DNA of 59,183 nt, filler included. It is 8 parts of 8 records of this genome, joined end to end, with 100 filler letters (N's around TTAATTAATTAA, not from the genome) between each part and the next. Parts side by side here need not be neighbours in the genome. Positions count along the whole stretch, not along the records: positions 1 to 9,155 come from SRR31147125_63916; positions 9,256 to 19,691 come from SRR31147125_63922; 6 more parts are not named here. One strand, written 5' to 3'. A model generated the notes under the pieces. The model searched no databases and was not told the DNA's origin. It was given only the letters and a program-made list of their open reading frames with translations. The translations under genes and the position numbers were made by a program. Numbering within the stretch: the stretch's first letter is position 1; every line of letters starts with the position of its first letter. Below are positions 1-10,350 of this stretch, piece after piece.

Positions 1-1
1 G

Positions 2-1243
2 AAAGATAAAAGATTTGATTTTACGGATCAAACAAAAGTGGACTGCCTTGTCTGCCACGAAACCACAGGCACCTATAAAAAATTTCCCTCCGGTGCCGGA
101 CACCCTGCAGAAAAGACCAAAGTCTTCAAAGGAAACAAGAAAACTTATCATCCCCCCGATTGGAATAAAGTGGCCCAAAGCGTCCATCGGCCGGAACGAC
201 AAAACTGCGGTAGCTGTCATTTTTACGGAGGAGGTGGCGATGGCGTAAAACATGGAGATTTGGATTCTTCCCTCATCAAACCGGATAAAAATCTGGATGT
301 CCATATGGGGTTGGACGGGCAGAATTTCAACTGCACCCGATGCCACTCTACTACGGAACATCACATTGCAGGCCGAGTTTACACCATGCCGGCAGTCGAT
401 GAGAAGAAGTCCTTGATCGAAGACGATCTCACCTCAAAAATCACCTGTGTTTCATGTCATGGAAGGGAACCCCACAAAGAAAACGCAAAGGCCAACGACC
501 ACACGGATCGGGTCGCTTGCCAAAGTTGTCATATACCTGAATTTGCCCGGATCAACCCGACAAAAATGTCCTGGGACTGGTCTGTTGCCGGGAAAAAGAA
601 AAATGGCAAATCCTATACGGAAAAGGACGAGCTGGGAAAGCCATCCTACGTGACAAAGAAAGGGGCCTTTGAGTGGAAAAAAAATGTAGTACCCGAATAC
701 TTTTGGTACAATGGATCCATTGATCATCTCACCTTGAAAGATACCATCGACCCGTCAGGTGTGGTTGCCATCAGCCGCCCCGCCGGAAACATCATGGACG
801 AAAAGTCAAGAATTTTCCCCTTCAAAGTTCATCGGGCCAAAACACCTTACGATAAAATCCAGAAGAAACTGGTTGCCCCCCACCTCTTTCCCAAAAACAA
901 AGCTGATAAGGCCGCTTACTGGAAAGGGTTTGATTGGAACGCCTCCATCAAGTTTGGTCAAGAGTACTTGGGACTTCCCTATTCCGGTGAGTATGATTTC
1001 GTCGATACCACCTATGTATTTCCCATTACCCATATGGTCGCCCCTAGAGACAATGTTCTTTCATGTACCGAATGCCACATCAAAGAGAGCGGTCGCCTGG
1101 CCAATCTTTCCGGATTTTACATGCCGGGTCGGGATCAATTTGCCCTGTTGGACTGGGGCGGTTGGATTTTGGTTATCGGTTCACTTGCCGGCGTCACCCT
1201 TCATGGATTGGGACGATTCTTTACCAGAAACGGAAAAAAATAG
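2..1243 (+). CDS. Multiheme cytochrome c, octaheme tetrathionate reductase (OTR)-like, 5'-truncated
   Basis: Frame open from base 2; six CxxCH motifs (CLVCH, CGSCH, CTRCH, CVSCH, CQSCH, CTECH); HFYGGGGDGVKHGDLD and ITHMVAP are OTR-like; C-terminal TM helix. Confidence 0.85.
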   Translation, partial: KDKRFDFTDQTKVDCLVCHETTGTYKKFPSGAGHPAEKTKVFKGNKKTYHPPDWNKVAQSVHRPERQNCGSCHFYGGGGDGVKHGDLDSSLIKPDKNLDVHMGLDGQNFNCTRCHSTTEHHIAGRVYTMPAVDEKKSLIEDDLTSKITCVSCHGREPHKENAKANDHTDRVACQSCHIPEFARINPTKMSWDWSVAGKKKNGKSYTEKDELGKPSYVTKKGAFEWKKNVVPEYFWYNGSIDHLTLKDTIDPSGVVAISRPAGNIMDEKSRIFPFKVHRAKTPYDKIQKKLVAPHLFPKNKADKAAYWKGFDWNASIKFGQEYLGLPYSGEYDFVDTTYVFPITHMVAPRDNVLSCTECHIKESGRLANLSGFYMPGRDQFALLDWGGWILVIGSLAGVTLHGLGRFFTRNGKK

Positions 1244-1261
1244 AGATAAGGAGCGGCAATC

Positions 1262-1909
1262 ATGGATCAAAAAAAGATCGTTAAAATCTATCTGTACACC
1301 CGGTTCGAAAGATTCTGGCATTGGCTCCAGGGAGTCATGATTATCTTTCTCATGATCACCGGTTTTGAAATCCACGGCACTTACACCTTGATGGGGTACG
1401 AAACTGCCGTTAACACTCATAATTTTGTGGGTCTCGCCTGGCTGGTGCTTTTTGCATTTTTTGTTTTCTGGCTTTTTACCACCGGTGAATGGCGACAATA
1501 CATTCCCACGACTAAAAAGCTGATTGACGTCATTCTCTACTACTCATTTGGCATTTTCCAAGGGAAACCCCACCCGGTGGAAAAATCACCCGGTGCCAAG
1601 CACAACCCCCTTCAACGCCTTACGTACCTTGCGCTTTCCGCATTGATGTTGCCGGTACAGATGCTTTCTGGCCTGCTGTATTACACCTGGAACATGTGGG
1701 GAGGCATCACCTTTTCGTTGGCACCTGTGGCACTGATTCATACCTTGCTGGCCTTTTTCCTGCTTTCCTTTCTACTGGTTCATATTTATATGACGACAAC
1801 GGGACATTCGATTTTCAGCCACATTTCAGGCATGATCACCGGATGGGAAGAAATATACGAAACCACCACCATTCAAGATTGGGAAGTGGCGGACAAAAGT
1901 CGCTCCTGA
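1262..1909 (+). CDS. Cytochrome b/b6-domain membrane protein, partner of the multiheme cytochrome
   Basis: RBS AAGGAG; ERFWHWLQ, HNFVG, HNPLQRLTY, IHTLLA and VHIYM His-bearing helices. Confidence 0.88.
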   Translation: MDQKKIVKIYLYTRFERFWHWLQGVMIIFLMITGFEIHGTYTLMGYETAVNTHNFVGLAWLVLFAFFVFWLFTTGEWRQYIPTTKKLIDVILYYSFGIFQGKPHPVEKSPGAKHNPLQRLTYLALSALMLPVQMLSGLLYYTWNMWGGITFSLAPVALIHTLLAFFLLSFLLVHIYMTTTGHSIFSHISGMITGWEEIYETTTIQDWEVADKSRS

Positions 1910-1945
1910 TTCAACCAGAACGCATCCAAGTGTACGGCTAACCCC

Positions 1946-2003
1946 AAACGGCCATGGCGGAGAAATCGGACAAGCCGACCTTTATCTGCCATGGCCGTTT
2001 TGT
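1946..2003 (+). terminator. Intrinsic terminator-like hairpin between convergent genes
   Basis: AAACGGCCATGGC...GCCATGGCCGTTTT inverted repeat after cyt b stop; second hairpin TAAATTAAGGA/TCCTTAATTTA at about 2015-2046. Confidence 0.65.
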
Positions 2004-2090
2004 TCAATGAACCCTAAATTAAGGAATTGGCGGCATCCTTAATTTAATACCGATTCCTTAACGAGTTCCCTGCTTTCTCCCCTCTATCAA

Positions 2091-4043
2091 TCAAGAGAGG
2101 ATAGGTCCATCCCACTGATGTTTTTGAGGGTGAACACTCTTTTCCTTTTGATCTTGAAGCTGTTGGGCATGTAAATCAAGCTTGTCTGCAGCAAACCCAA
2201 GATCCAGTGACTCCAGCAGATGTCTATGGGGCATACCATCCTCTCCATACCCTCCCTCATGATAGTATTGCTTCACAAGGTTCCAGTGCATTTCTCGCTC
2301 TTTTTCCCCTTCGACCGTAGCTGCAAACCAGGGGTTCTGAGGAATGCTGTCATCACGCGATGTAATTCCGCACAACGCATTGAACGCCCGCTCCAGGGCA
2401 TTGACCCGTTTTCCCACCTGTTGAAGATCCTCTTCGGTAAATTCCTCTCCGGTAGCTGTCGAAGCCAACTGAGCCAGCCCTTGAAAGATCGGATATTTCC
2501 AAATTAACGGCACTGCCGCCGTCCAGGTGTTGACGGCCCCTTTGCAACGGCCGAAACAATCGGCCAGTGTGGTGGCATACTCGGCAACGAGAAGGGACGT
2601 AACGGGATTGGAGGATACAATCCCCTTTTCCACCAGCATACCCAAAACGGCTTCGTCGGAGTTGTCCCCGGCAGCCCAGCTTCTCCCCCGCAGATGATCG
2701 GCCCCGCGGGTGGCCACGGCATGGGAAAGGGAGAAAAGTCCTGCCGGATGAAGTCCCCGACTGAGCCCCTTGACATGATAGCAGTAATCCATGGCATTTT
2801 TTCCGATCTTTTTCGCCATGGAGAACATCCCCTCTCCCACCATGCGACCAAACCCTTCTCCCATGGCGGTCCGGCGCACAAGCTCCACCTGATCTTCGGC
2901 ATTCTGCCATGACAAATCCAACCCGCCGGTATCTCTCTTATCGATGATGCCCCGATTGAAAAGATCTTTGGCAAAGGCAACGGCATTACCAAGGGCCACC
3001 ACATCCATGCCGTGCATATCCGAAAGGTTCTCCATCTCCATCAATGCCACGGGATCATCGATACCGCAATTGGTGCCGAGGCAGTAGACACATTCATACT
3101 CCAGTCCCTCTCCTTTTTCCCCTTTGCGCTTGCCCGATGGAATCTCATAGACATTTTTACACTTCACCGTGCAATTTTGACACCCCACCCGGCCGGTCTC
3201 GTACAGCTTCCATGCCTCCGGGGTCAAGGATTCCGGGATGTCGTGAGCTTCCAAGGCTTTTTCCGAATTTTGAAACCCGGGATACCAATGGGTGATGCCG
3301 TAATGCGATCCGTAGACCGATGCCACCTCTCTTTGAACCCCATCCTTTGCCAAGAACCTGCCGTCATCACCGGCCAACTTCAGAAATGCGTTTCTATCGT
3401 GAAGGCCGACGTTTGAGCGCCCCCGAACAACAATTGCCTTCAATCGCTTCGATCCCCAGACTGCGCCGCTGCCCCTGGCGGCAGAGGCGTATTTGTCCAC
3501 CATGGTGGATGCCACCCGCACCAATCGCTCTCCGGCAATACCGATACCGGCGACACTGATATCTTCGCCATGGCGCTCTTTTAACCAATCCGTCATCTCC
3601 CACACATCTTTCTCCCAGAGATCCGATGCATCGCAAAGGGAGACATCACCGTCATCGATCACCAGATAATGTGGCTTTGAGGCATGCCCACGGATCACCA
3701 CCTGATCGAATCCCGCTTTTTTCAGCCGATGGGCAAAGGCTCCCCCGACACTGCCGTCCCCCACAATTCCTGTGAGACTGGAGAGGGTCGTGACATGGAG
3801 TCGGCTGGACATGCCAAGGGGCGTTCCGCTGAATAATCCCGGGGCCAGACAGAGCAGATTTGACGATGCAAAAGGATTGATGCGAGGTGTTTTCATATCA
3901 AACAGACGCCTGATATTGAGTCCTCTGCCTCCGATAAAGAGTTTGGCATCATCGACATTCAAATTAATGATCTCGATTTGGTTCCGGTCAAGATCGACAC
4001 CCAACACTTTTCCGCACCATCCATGCATCTTGACATCTCTCAT
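2091..4043 (-). CDS. aor: Aldehyde:ferredoxin oxidoreductase family (W/Mo-pterin, 4Fe-4S)
   Basis: HGWCGKVLGVDL start, FIGGRGL, GAVWGSKRLKAIVVRG, GCQNCTVKC, EGLEYEC, RGADHLRG, DCFGRC. Confidence 0.9.
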   Translation of the reverse strand: MRDVKMHGWCGKVLGVDLDRNQIEIINLNVDDAKLFIGGRGLNIRRLFDMKTPRINPFASSNLLCLAPGLFSGTPLGMSSRLHVTTLSSLTGIVGDGSVGGAFAHRLKKAGFDQVVIRGHASKPHYLVIDDGDVSLCDASDLWEKDVWEMTDWLKERHGEDISVAGIGIAGERLVRVASTMVDKYASAARGSGAVWGSKRLKAIVVRGRSNVGLHDRNAFLKLAGDDGRFLAKDGVQREVASVYGSHYGITHWYPGFQNSEKALEAHDIPESLTPEAWKLYETGRVGCQNCTVKCKNVYEIPSGKRKGEKGEGLEYECVYCLGTNCGIDDPVALMEMENLSDMHGMDVVALGNAVAFAKDLFNRGIIDKRDTGGLDLSWQNAEDQVELVRRTAMGEGFGRMVGEGMFSMAKKIGKNAMDYCYHVKGLSRGLHPAGLFSLSHAVATRGADHLRGRSWAAGDNSDEAVLGMLVEKGIVSSNPVTSLLVAEYATTLADCFGRCKGAVNTWTAAVPLIWKYPIFQGLAQLASTATGEEFTEEDLQQVGKRVNALERAFNALCGITSRDDSIPQNPWFAATVEGEKEREMHWNLVKQYYHEGGYGEDGMPHRHLLESLDLGFAADKLDLHAQQLQDQKEKSVHPQKHQWDGPILS

Positions 4044-5041
4044 TGGGATTGCTCATCCTCGACCGGCTGACGCACTGCAAGTACCGGACAAGGGGATTGA
4101 CGAATGACCCGATCCGTAGTGGAACCGATCATCAACCGCTCCCATAGGGTATGCCCATGGATCCCCAGGACAATCATATCAATCTTTTCGTCTGCCGCAT
4201 ATTTAAGCAATTCTTTGTAAGGTTCCCCATCCAGCAGAACCGTTTTGGGCTGACACCAGTTTCGAGACTCTTCCGGCACCATGAAAAAAAGCTGTTGTTG
4301 CAGTTGCCCTCTCAGCTCCAGCGTCCTCTCCCGCCGCTGTTCCATCATCTTTTTTTGCATCTCGAAGTAGTCGGATGAGCGCCAGCTGACATAATCCCCC
4401 GGCTCGACCTCAATATAATCGGAAGATTTCAATTCAATGTGCTCTGTGGGTTTAATCACATGGAGCAAATGGAGTTCTGCTTGAAATTCCTGGGCCAAAC
4501 TGAGGCCGTAATCGAATGCGATTTTTGAATCGGGAGAAAAATCACACCCCACTAGAATCCGATCCAACTTCAACTCGGTCTGCGTCGGAGAGATAAAATC
4601 GTGTTCGGTCGTATGGAGGGCCAACACCGGGCAATGGGCAAGTTTCAACAATTTCGCCGTCACCGAACCGATGAGCAGACGCCTGACCCCGGATTTACCA
4701 TGGGTGGCGGTGATGATAAGATCAATGTCGTTCTCCAGTGCCAGACGTCTGATATTTTCAGAGGGATCCCCTTGGGTAATGAGAATGTCGTGCGCCACCG
4801 GTAGTTCCTTCCCGATGGTTTCCAGGTGCTCTCTTGCACTCTCGATATGACTCATCTGAAGTCCATTCACATCCAGAGCCACTTCGCTTCGGATCAAAAG
4901 GGTGCTGACATCCACCACCACATGGGCCAGGTAGAGCTTTGCATCGAACTCTTTACACATTCCAACACTGTAGGCCAGAACGTTCTCTGTGAAATCGGAA
5001 AAGTCGACGGCACACATGATCTTTTTGGGTTCTACTCTCAT
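4040..5041 (-). CDS. Universal stress protein with tandem USP domains
   Basis: Two USP repeats (AVDFS...ATHGKSG...IGSVT; GCDFS...GIHG...IGSTT); RBS AAGGAGG before ATG at 5041; 4-bp overlap with aor. Confidence 0.9.
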   Translation of the reverse strand: MRVEPKKIMCAVDFSDFTENVLAYSVGMCKEFDAKLYLAHVVVDVSTLLIRSEVALDVNGLQMSHIESAREHLETIGKELPVAHDILITQGDPSENIRRLALENDIDLIITATHGKSGVRRLLIGSVTAKLLKLAHCPVLALHTTEHDFISPTQTELKLDRILVGCDFSPDSKIAFDYGLSLAQEFQAELHLLHVIKPTEHIELKSSDYIEVEPGDYVSWRSSDYFEMQKKMMEQRRERTLELRGQLQQQLFFMVPEESRNWCQPKTVLLDGEPYKELLKYAADEKIDMIVLGIHGHTLWERLMIGSTTDRVIRQSPCPVLAVRQPVEDEQSQ

Positions 5042-5321
5042 GATATCCTCCTTTGTCAAACACGTTACAGGTTTTGATTTTCAGGAAAATAGCTTGAAAC
5101 AGTAGTCGACGGATGATGCCTAGCGCTGCAACAGATGCGTGGAGAGAAGAAGAAAAATTGAATCTAAAAACAGGAATGAACCGAATTTTTCCGGCTCAAA
5201 AACGGATTGAAAGGGAAATGGCCGGTACAAAATCAAATGAAATATCAATCAAAGATCGCGACGATGAGAAACGAAGCGCTCGTTTAAGTTTCCTGATTCG
5301 GCTTTGAAACTCAAATTCAGT

Positions 5322-6278
5322 TTATTCTTCCCCATCGCCTCTGTCAAGAGAATATCCGCTACCGCTCCCCCGTTTATACGGTTCTCCAAGCTGCGCAGGC
5401 GCATTTAGACGTCGAGGGTCTTTGAAGCTCATGGCAAGCAGGATCAAGAGGGTTGCCCCGTAGGGAAGCATGGCAAGAAAATTCGGGGAGATACCAAGGG
5501 GTTGTAGAAGATATTGAAGAACGAAGATGCCGCCGAACAAAAACGAACCCCAGATGGCCTTCCCCGGATTCCAAAGGGCAAAGATGGTCAAGGCAATCAC
5601 GATCCAGCCTCGACCGGCGGTCATGCCCTCTATCCACGATTTACTGTAAGATGTGGAGAGATGGGCACCGGCCATGGCGGAAAAGCCGCCACCGATCATG
5701 ACACACGCATATCGAACCAAACCGACGTTGACGCCTTGGGTCTCCGTCGCTCTGGGATTCTCTCCGGTCGAGCGTACTTTTATACCGAGACGGGTCCGCT
5801 CCAGGAAAAACCACGCCCCCAATGCCAGGAAAATGGCCATGTAAAAGTATGGCGTCTGCCTAAAGAACACCGGCCCGATAAAGGGGATATCCGACAACCA
5901 GGGGATGGCCACATCGTTCATTTTTTCAGCAAGGGGCTTGCCGACATAGGGTTTACCCAGCATGCCGGAAAGACCAAGCCCGATCATGGTCAGGGCAAGA
6001 CCTGAGACCACTTGATTGGCCTGAAGGGTCACCGATGCAAAGGCGTGAAGAATGGAGATGAGCATTCCGGCGGCAACGGCAGCCAACAGCCCCAACCAGG
6101 GATTGCCGGTTGTGTATGTTACGATGAAAGCCACCACCGCCCCCACAGACATCACCCCCTCGACGCCGAGATTCAAAATACCGGAACGCTCGCAGATCAC
6201 CTCGCCGACCGTTCCCAAAAGCAACGGCGTTCCCGCCACCATGGTCCGCTGTACCACTGAAACGACCACATCATCCAT
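5322..6278 (-). CDS. ABC transporter permease (nucleoside/simple-sugar, BPD_transp_2)
   Basis: ERSGILNLGVEG, RSTGENP, MTAGRGWIVIAL; highly hydrophobic. Confidence 0.9.
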   Translation of the reverse strand: MDDVVVSVVQRTMVAGTPLLLGTVGEVICERSGILNLGVEGVMSVGAVVAFIVTYTTGNPWLGLLAAVAAGMLISILHAFASVTLQANQVVSGLALTMIGLGLSGMLGKPYVGKPLAEKMNDVAIPWLSDIPFIGPVFFRQTPYFYMAIFLALGAWFFLERTRLGIKVRSTGENPRATETQGVNVGLVRYACVMIGGGFSAMAGAHLSTSYSKSWIEGMTAGRGWIVIALTIFALWNPGKAIWGSFLFGGIFVLQYLLQPLGISPNFLAMLPYGATLLILLAMSFKDPRRLNAPAQLGEPYKRGSGSGYSLDRGDGEE

Positions 6279-6337
6279 TGATAAAAATCCTCAACTAAAC
6301 AATTAACCCCAATCGACCCAACCGAACCACCGCTCTT

Positions 6338-7420
6338 TTACGCATGACGATGCCAAATCAAACGAACCCGGTGTTTCAGAAAATATTCGCCCATAATCAA
6401 GAAAACCAGCAAAATCCCGTTGACGATCTGTACGGTTGCCGCAGGTAATCCCAATGAGATCTGAATGGCATCCCCGCCCACCAGAATTCCGGCAAAGAAG
6501 AGTGCCGAGATTACGGAAAGAAAGGGATTGAGTTTGGCCAGCCATGCTACGATAATGGCGGTAAATCCATATCCCGAAGAGACCGAAGCCGGATACCCCA
6601 GGTATTGATGAATCCCGGCAACCTCTCCCACGCCGGCAAATCCGGCAAGGCCTCCGCTGATGGCCATGATGATGAGGGATGTCTTGAAAAAGTCGATCCC
6701 GGCATATCGCCCCGCTTCGGGATTCTCTCCGATGACTCGAACTTCATATCCGAACCGGGTTCGATAGACGATGATACCCAATATCACAATGGAGATCAGC
6801 GCCAGTATCAGGGTCACGTAGTGGATTCTCGAACCGGGAATCGTGTTTAAAATCGCCGCTTCCGGTAGATTATCCGTCCCTGGGAATCCGAACCGCATCT
6901 TCCCTTTCCATGGGCCTACGATGAGCATGGTGATGAACTCGGCACAGATGTAGTTGAGCATCAACGTGGAGATGACCTCGTTAATGGAAAACTTGATTTT
7001 CAATATGGCCGGAATCATCCCGCACAGCGCGCCGCCGATAAATCCTGCGGTAAACATGGCCGGAATCAAAAGAAATGAGGGAAGTATCTCTCCATATGCA
7101 AGGCCCACCCAAGTGCCCATGAGTGCCCCCATGAGAAGCTGCCCCTCTGCTCCGATGTTCCAAAATTTTGCCCGGAACGCAATGGTCAATCCGGCGCCGA
7201 TAAGAATCAGGGGAATGGCTTTGGTCACCGTCTCTTTAACCCCGTACATGGAGCCGAATGAGCCCATGAACATCTGAGAAACGGCATACAACGGGCTCAC
7301 TTCACACGCCAAAAATACACCGCTGACGACAATCAAGGCCGCAAACAGGGCGCCCATATTGGTCAAGAGGGAACGAAGCGGGGTGATGGCTTCTCTATCA
7401 CTGACTTTGATCATTAACAT
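6338..7420 (-). CDS. ABC transporter permease (nucleoside/simple-sugar)
   Basis: WNIGAEGQ, NEVISTLMLNY, GYEVRVIGENP, GYGFTAIIVAWLA. Confidence 0.9.
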   Translation of the reverse strand: MLMIKVSDREAITPLRSLLTNMGALFAALIVVSGVFLACEVSPLYAVSQMFMGSFGSMYGVKETVTKAIPLILIGAGLTIAFRAKFWNIGAEGQLLMGALMGTWVGLAYGEILPSFLLIPAMFTAGFIGGALCGMIPAILKIKFSINEVISTLMLNYICAEFITMLIVGPWKGKMRFGFPGTDNLPEAAILNTIPGSRIHYVTLILALISIVILGIIVYRTRFGYEVRVIGENPEAGRYAGIDFFKTSLIIMAISGGLAGFAGVGEVAGIHQYLGYPASVSSGYGFTAIIVAWLAKLNPFLSVISALFFAGILVGGDAIQISLGLPAATVQIVNGILLVFLIMGEYFLKHRVRLIWHRHA

Positions 7421-7453
7421 TACTCAACACCTCTCAATATCCAATCCTCGTGA

Positions 7454-8967
7454 TCAATACCGGACCGATCCGGCCATCATCAAACCGATATCCGCCAGTT
7501 TTTCATCATCCGATGCATCCACGATTCCCATAAACTCCCCTTCAAACATAACGGCGATACGATCACACAATTCAAATATTTCCTCAAGATCTTCGGAAAA
7601 GAGCAGTACTGCCCCCGTCTCTTCTGCGGATGAGAAGCTGTTCCCTCAGATATTCCGTGGCCCCCACATCCAATCCATAGGTAGGATGGGATGCCACCAG
7701 CAAGGATGGTTTTTCACTGATCTCTCTTCCCAGGATCAACTTCTGAATATTACCGCCGGACAGATTCTTGATCTCCACATCGATGGAGTGAGTAGCGACG
7801 TTGTAGTTATCGATCAAAGAGCGGGTATGTTTTTTTATTCTTCCATATTCCAGAAAAACGTTTTTGGAAAACTTTTCCAAATGATGCTGCTTTAAAATCG
7901 CATTGTCATAGAGAAACAGCCCCGGAGCAATCCCGAATTTGATGCGCTCTTCCGGTACATGGGAGACCCCGTGATCGTAAATCTTTCGGGGAGAGAGGTT
8001 GGTGATGTTTTTACTGCCTGCGGTCACGGTTCCGGAATCGATTTTCCGGATTCCCGTAATTGCTTCGGCCAACTCCCGCTGACCGTTTCCGGCAACGCCC
8101 GCAATTCCGAAGATCTCACTGCCGAAAATCTCGAACGAGACATCTTTGACTGCCGAAATCCCCTTATCACCAAGCACATGGAGGTTGGAAACCTTCAGTA
8201 CCCGATCCCCTTTTGGAAGCGTTTCCCGATTGACATTGAACAGCACATCTCGACCGATCATCATACGGGCCAAGGACTTTTTGTCCATGCCTTCGGTCTT
8301 TGTATCCCCCACAATCTCTCCCTTTCGGAGCACCGTCACCCGATCGCAGATCTCCATGATTTCATCGAGTTTATGGGTAATGATGATCACCATGTGGCCT
8401 TGCGCTTTCATATCTTTGAGGATACGAAACAGCTCTTCGATCTCCTGAGGGGTAAGAACGGAGGTCGGCTCGTCCAAAATCAAAAGATCGGCCCCATTGA
8501 GAAGCGCTTTAATGATCTCGACCCGTTGCTGCTCCCCGGCCGAGAGCTGCCACACTTTTCTCCCGGGATCAATGGAAAAATTAAACTTCCTTGAAAATTC
8601 AAGTACTTTCTCACGAAGGCGCACTTTCGGAAAAAAACGGTGTCTCTTCATACCCCAAGGCAATATTTTCGATCACCGAATGGTTCTGGATCAGCATAAA
8701 ATGCTGATGAACCATACCGATCCCTTGATGAATGGATTCCAGGGGAGATGAGATGTTCACCGGCTTACCGTTGATTCGAATTTCTCCACCATCCGGCTGA
8801 TACAGCCCGTAGAGAATGTTCATCAATGTGGTCTTGCCTGCACCATTTTCTCCGAGCAGTCCCAGAATTTCACCGGAACGGACATACAGGTCAATCGCTT
8901 TATTTGCAAAAAATCCTTTAAAGGACTTTGAAATATTGACCATCTCAAGTTTTTCAATTTTTCTCAT
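7454..8967 (-). CDS. ABC transporter ATP-binding protein (double ABC domain), two apparent frameshifts
   Basis: GENGAGKTT, LSAGEQQ, LILDEPT, LSGGNIQK; frames join at the A7 run near 8631-8637 and the C5 run near 7612-7616, continuing AVLLFSEDLEE...MAGSVRY to a stop at 7454. Confidence 0.85.
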
Positions 8968-9035
8968 AACGGCATATTCCGTTCCAACGTTTCTTCATGG
9001 GAATTTTTCAGCAAGCCAGCTGTAAGGAAGGACGT

Positions 9036-9117
9036 TGAAAGGGCTCACGAATGTCGACGCGAGCCCTTTCATTCTGGTTATGGGGTCGCCCACGGCAGTG
9101 AATCCGCCATGGGCGAC
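9036..9117. terminator. Two adjacent stem-loops upstream of the ABC ATPase (terminator or mRNA-stabilising)
   Basis: TGAAAGGGCTC/GAGCCCTTTCA (9036-9071) and GTCGCCCACGGC/GCCATGGGCGAC (9085-9117). Confidence 0.5.
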
Positions 9118-9155
9118 ACTTTTATATAACGGCCATGGCAGGCCACCTGCCACAA

Positions 9156-9255
9156 NNNNNNNNNNNNNNNNNNNNNNNNNNNNNNNNNNNNNNNNNNNNT
9201 TAATTAATTAANNNNNNNNNNNNNNNNNNNNNNNNNNNNNNNNNNNNNNNNNNNN
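9156..9255. other. Artificial contig spacer
   Basis: N-run, TTAATTAATTAA (stops in all six frames), N-run; 100 bp. Confidence 0.98.
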
Positions 9256-10227
9256 TTTTCCCTTCGGAGTGGCGTCCGGAGCCTTTCTCTCGACCCGCGG
9301 AAGCGCTGCAGAAGGAGGGGCAGTAGCAAGCGAGTTTTGTCTGCCATGACTGAATGGTGCAATGAATTTATGGAGTTCTGAAGGATTGAAGGAGCGGGTG
9401 AGAAGAAAAGATAGGACTGACTCACTGAGCTCAGCCACCTGCTCGTCGCTGCCGTAGAGCAGCTCCAGTGACGGTACCCGGCGGGCCATGGCCGCAACGC
9501 GGGGAGGCTTGCAGCACCGAGAGCCGGTCCGTTGGCCAGGCTCTCCGTCAGTTTGAGGGCCGTCTGGGCAGTGGACAGGCATGACATCGAAGCGGGTGAA
9601 CCGGGTATGAACCGCGCGAATACGAACAGCCCGATGGGCCAGGTTGCGGGGCTCGTCACCATTGTCGGGAACACTGATAAAACGATAATGCGAGGATCTG
9701 GCGACTTCTTCCCTCACCGTTTCGGGAGAGCTGCCGGGATCGTCGGAATGCTCAATTCGCAGTGGACTGCCGAAGTAGGAACTGGTCACACCTTCCGATT
9801 CTACCGAGGTGATCTCGGAGGTAAAAAAGGACCACCCGCAGGCAATCAGGTGTGCGGCCAGTCGGTTACGTGTTTGATGCAGCGGCGCGGCAATAACGAT
9901 GCTTTTACCGTTTTTCCCAACTGCAGCCGAATGAAATATGCACTGGGCATCTGCGGAATAGGTGATCTCGGATGTGATCATGTCGAGCAGGGTGGAGGCC
10001 ACTTCTTCTTCTGTGGTACGAACCTCGAGATCTCTCTGGGATGAGGTTATCAGGTAGGCGGATGTGCTTTCTGCGGAAATTGTAATTTCATCGGATGCAT
10101 TCTGCCCGCAGGTGATGGCGTGCTTTCCGCACAGGGACTGAATAAGAGAGTTCAGTTCGATAGGGTAGTGAATCGAGACGGAGACCCCGCCGAACCTAAT
10201 GGTAATGTTCCCCTGGTGTGTGTCCAT
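9256..10227 (-). CDS. HPr-kinase-like protein with degenerate P-loop, 3'-truncated by contig end
   Basis: IFHSAAVGKNGKSIVIAA...LIACGWSFFTSEI parallels the 11299 kinase (LHGAAV...GSSGAGKST...GYGYLTDE) but lacks GKS/T and DE. Confidence 0.65.
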
Positions 10228-10251
10228 TACTTATAGCTGTTGAGTATTCAT

Positions 10252-10282
10252 AAAAAAAGGCACCGTGATGAATCACGGTGCC
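10252..10282 (-). terminator. Intrinsic terminator after the Tat-exported Ser/Thr-rich gene
   Basis: GGCACCGTGAT/ATCACGGTGCC stem followed by T7 on the minus strand. Confidence 0.85.
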
Positions 10283-10350
10283 CCTACAGGATTTCGAGTA
10301 TGCCTAGTATCGTGTTACAGGTATGCAACTGAATGCACAGCGTATAACCC

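Noticed and set aside
8611-8663. Programmed frameshift or phase variation in the ABC ATPase
   Set aside because: Same homopolymer indel pattern occurs in unrelated contigs and in essential genes
9200-9211. Recurring TTAATTAATTAA as a biological repeat
   Set aside because: Always centred in N-runs of fixed length; an artificial six-frame-stop spacer
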